A stretch of DNA of 64,000 bases from an uncultured Hylemonella sp. (lineage in GTDB: Bacteria > Pseudomonadota > Gammaproteobacteria > Burkholderiales > Burkholderiaceae_C). Positions 63,584 through 64,000 of this stretch are shown here, piece after piece. The stretch covers positions 18,522 through 82,521 of the forward strand of contig CAUPLI010000012.1 of the NCBI GenBank assembly GCA_963512175.1, read 5' to 3'. The notes under the pieces were generated by a model. That model had not been told where the DNA came from. It worked only from the letters and a program-made list of their open reading frames with translations, and ran no database searches. Each line of letters opens with the position of its first letter. Positions within the stretch are counted from its first letter, which is position 1. The translations under genes were made by a program, and so were the position numbers.

Positions 63584-64000
63584 ATGAGCCGCCCGCCGCA
63601 TCGCAGCAAGCCGCCGATGCGCGAAGGCGTCGGCGCCAGTTGCGTGGCTCTGCCGCACGGCCCCTGGACAAGGCTGCTCGACTTCCTGGCCGAACGGCTG
63701 CCGGCGGTGAGCGCGGAACAATGGCAAGAGCGCATGGCGCAGGGCCACGTCCTCGATGAGAGCGGCGCGCCACTGTCACCGGATGCGCCCTATCGCCACG
63801 GCACGCGCGTCTACTACTACCGTGCGCTGGACGCCGAACCCGTCATCCCTTTCGAGGAAACCATCCTCTACCAGGATGCGCACCTGCTGGTGGCCGACAA
63901 ACCTCACTTCCTGCCCGTCACGCCCACCGGCCGCTACGTGCAGCAGACCCTGCTGGTGCGCCTCAAGCGCCGCACCGGCATCGAAAGCCTGAGCCCCATC
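63584..64000 (+). CDS. RluA-family pseudouridine synthase (3' end cut by window edge)
   Basis: Not in the ORF track because it has no stop in the window. My own translation from the ATG at 63584: MSRPPHRSKPPMREGVGASCVALPHGPW...ILYQDAHLLVADKPHFLPVTPTGRYVQQTLLVRLKRRTG... The YQD..LLV.DKP..L.V motif precedes the catalytic HRLD, which lies beyond the window. Confidence 0.8.
   Translation, partial: MSRPPHRSKPPMREGVGASCVALPHGPWTRLLDFLAERLPAVSAEQWQERMAQGHVLDESGAPLSPDAPYRHGTRVYYYRALDAEPVIPFEETILYQDAHLLVADKPHFLPVTPTGRYVQQTLLVRLKRRTGIESLSPI

Overview
High-G+C bacterial chromosome segment. Third codon positions are almost all G/C. Gene order and protein N-termini look betaproteobacterial (Burkholderiales/Comamonadaceae-like); this placement is inference only. 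I count 56 protein-coding genes (two cut by the window edges) and 2 tRNAs, tRNA-Leu(CAG) and tRNA-Val(GAC). I found no rRNA, CRISPR array, transposase, integrase or phage genes.

Most of the window is core housekeeping:
- ftsH-folP-glmM, with rlmE and yhbY
- carA-carB-greA
- a ~15 kb minus-strand run rpsB-tsf-pyrH-frr-uppS-cdsA-dxr-rseP-bamA-skp-lpxD-fabZ-lpxA-lpxB-rnhB-trmH-like
- rnr, rimO, phaR, dnaG-rpoD, dnaE
- several tRNA-modification genes (trhO, gluQ, trmB, an RluA-family synthase)

The less ordinary parts are:
1. A four-gene, translationally coupled arsenic operon (arsR, unknown ligase-like gene, arsC, acr3). The second gene looks like a glutathionylspermidine-synthetase/ATP-grasp-type ligase with CxC and CC motifs. 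This is my best candidate for something undescribed.
2. An HDOD protein coupled to an MBL-fold hydrolase.
3. An orphan lipoprotein-type solute-binding protein coupled to an SBP-TM-PAS-GGDEF-EAL sensor.
4. A pirin / DoxX / flavodoxin-like / pirin redox cluster with a divergent YhaJ-like LysR regulator.
5. RpoD with a ~190-aa Lys/Ala/Pro-rich N-terminal extension behind a near-consensus promoter and a long leader.
6. An RNase R gene whose expected 5' end is occupied by an opposite-strand tRNA-Leu.

All functional calls come from reading the translated ORFs and recalling family motifs. No database search was run. The many long ORFs antisense to real genes are treated as high-GC artefacts.
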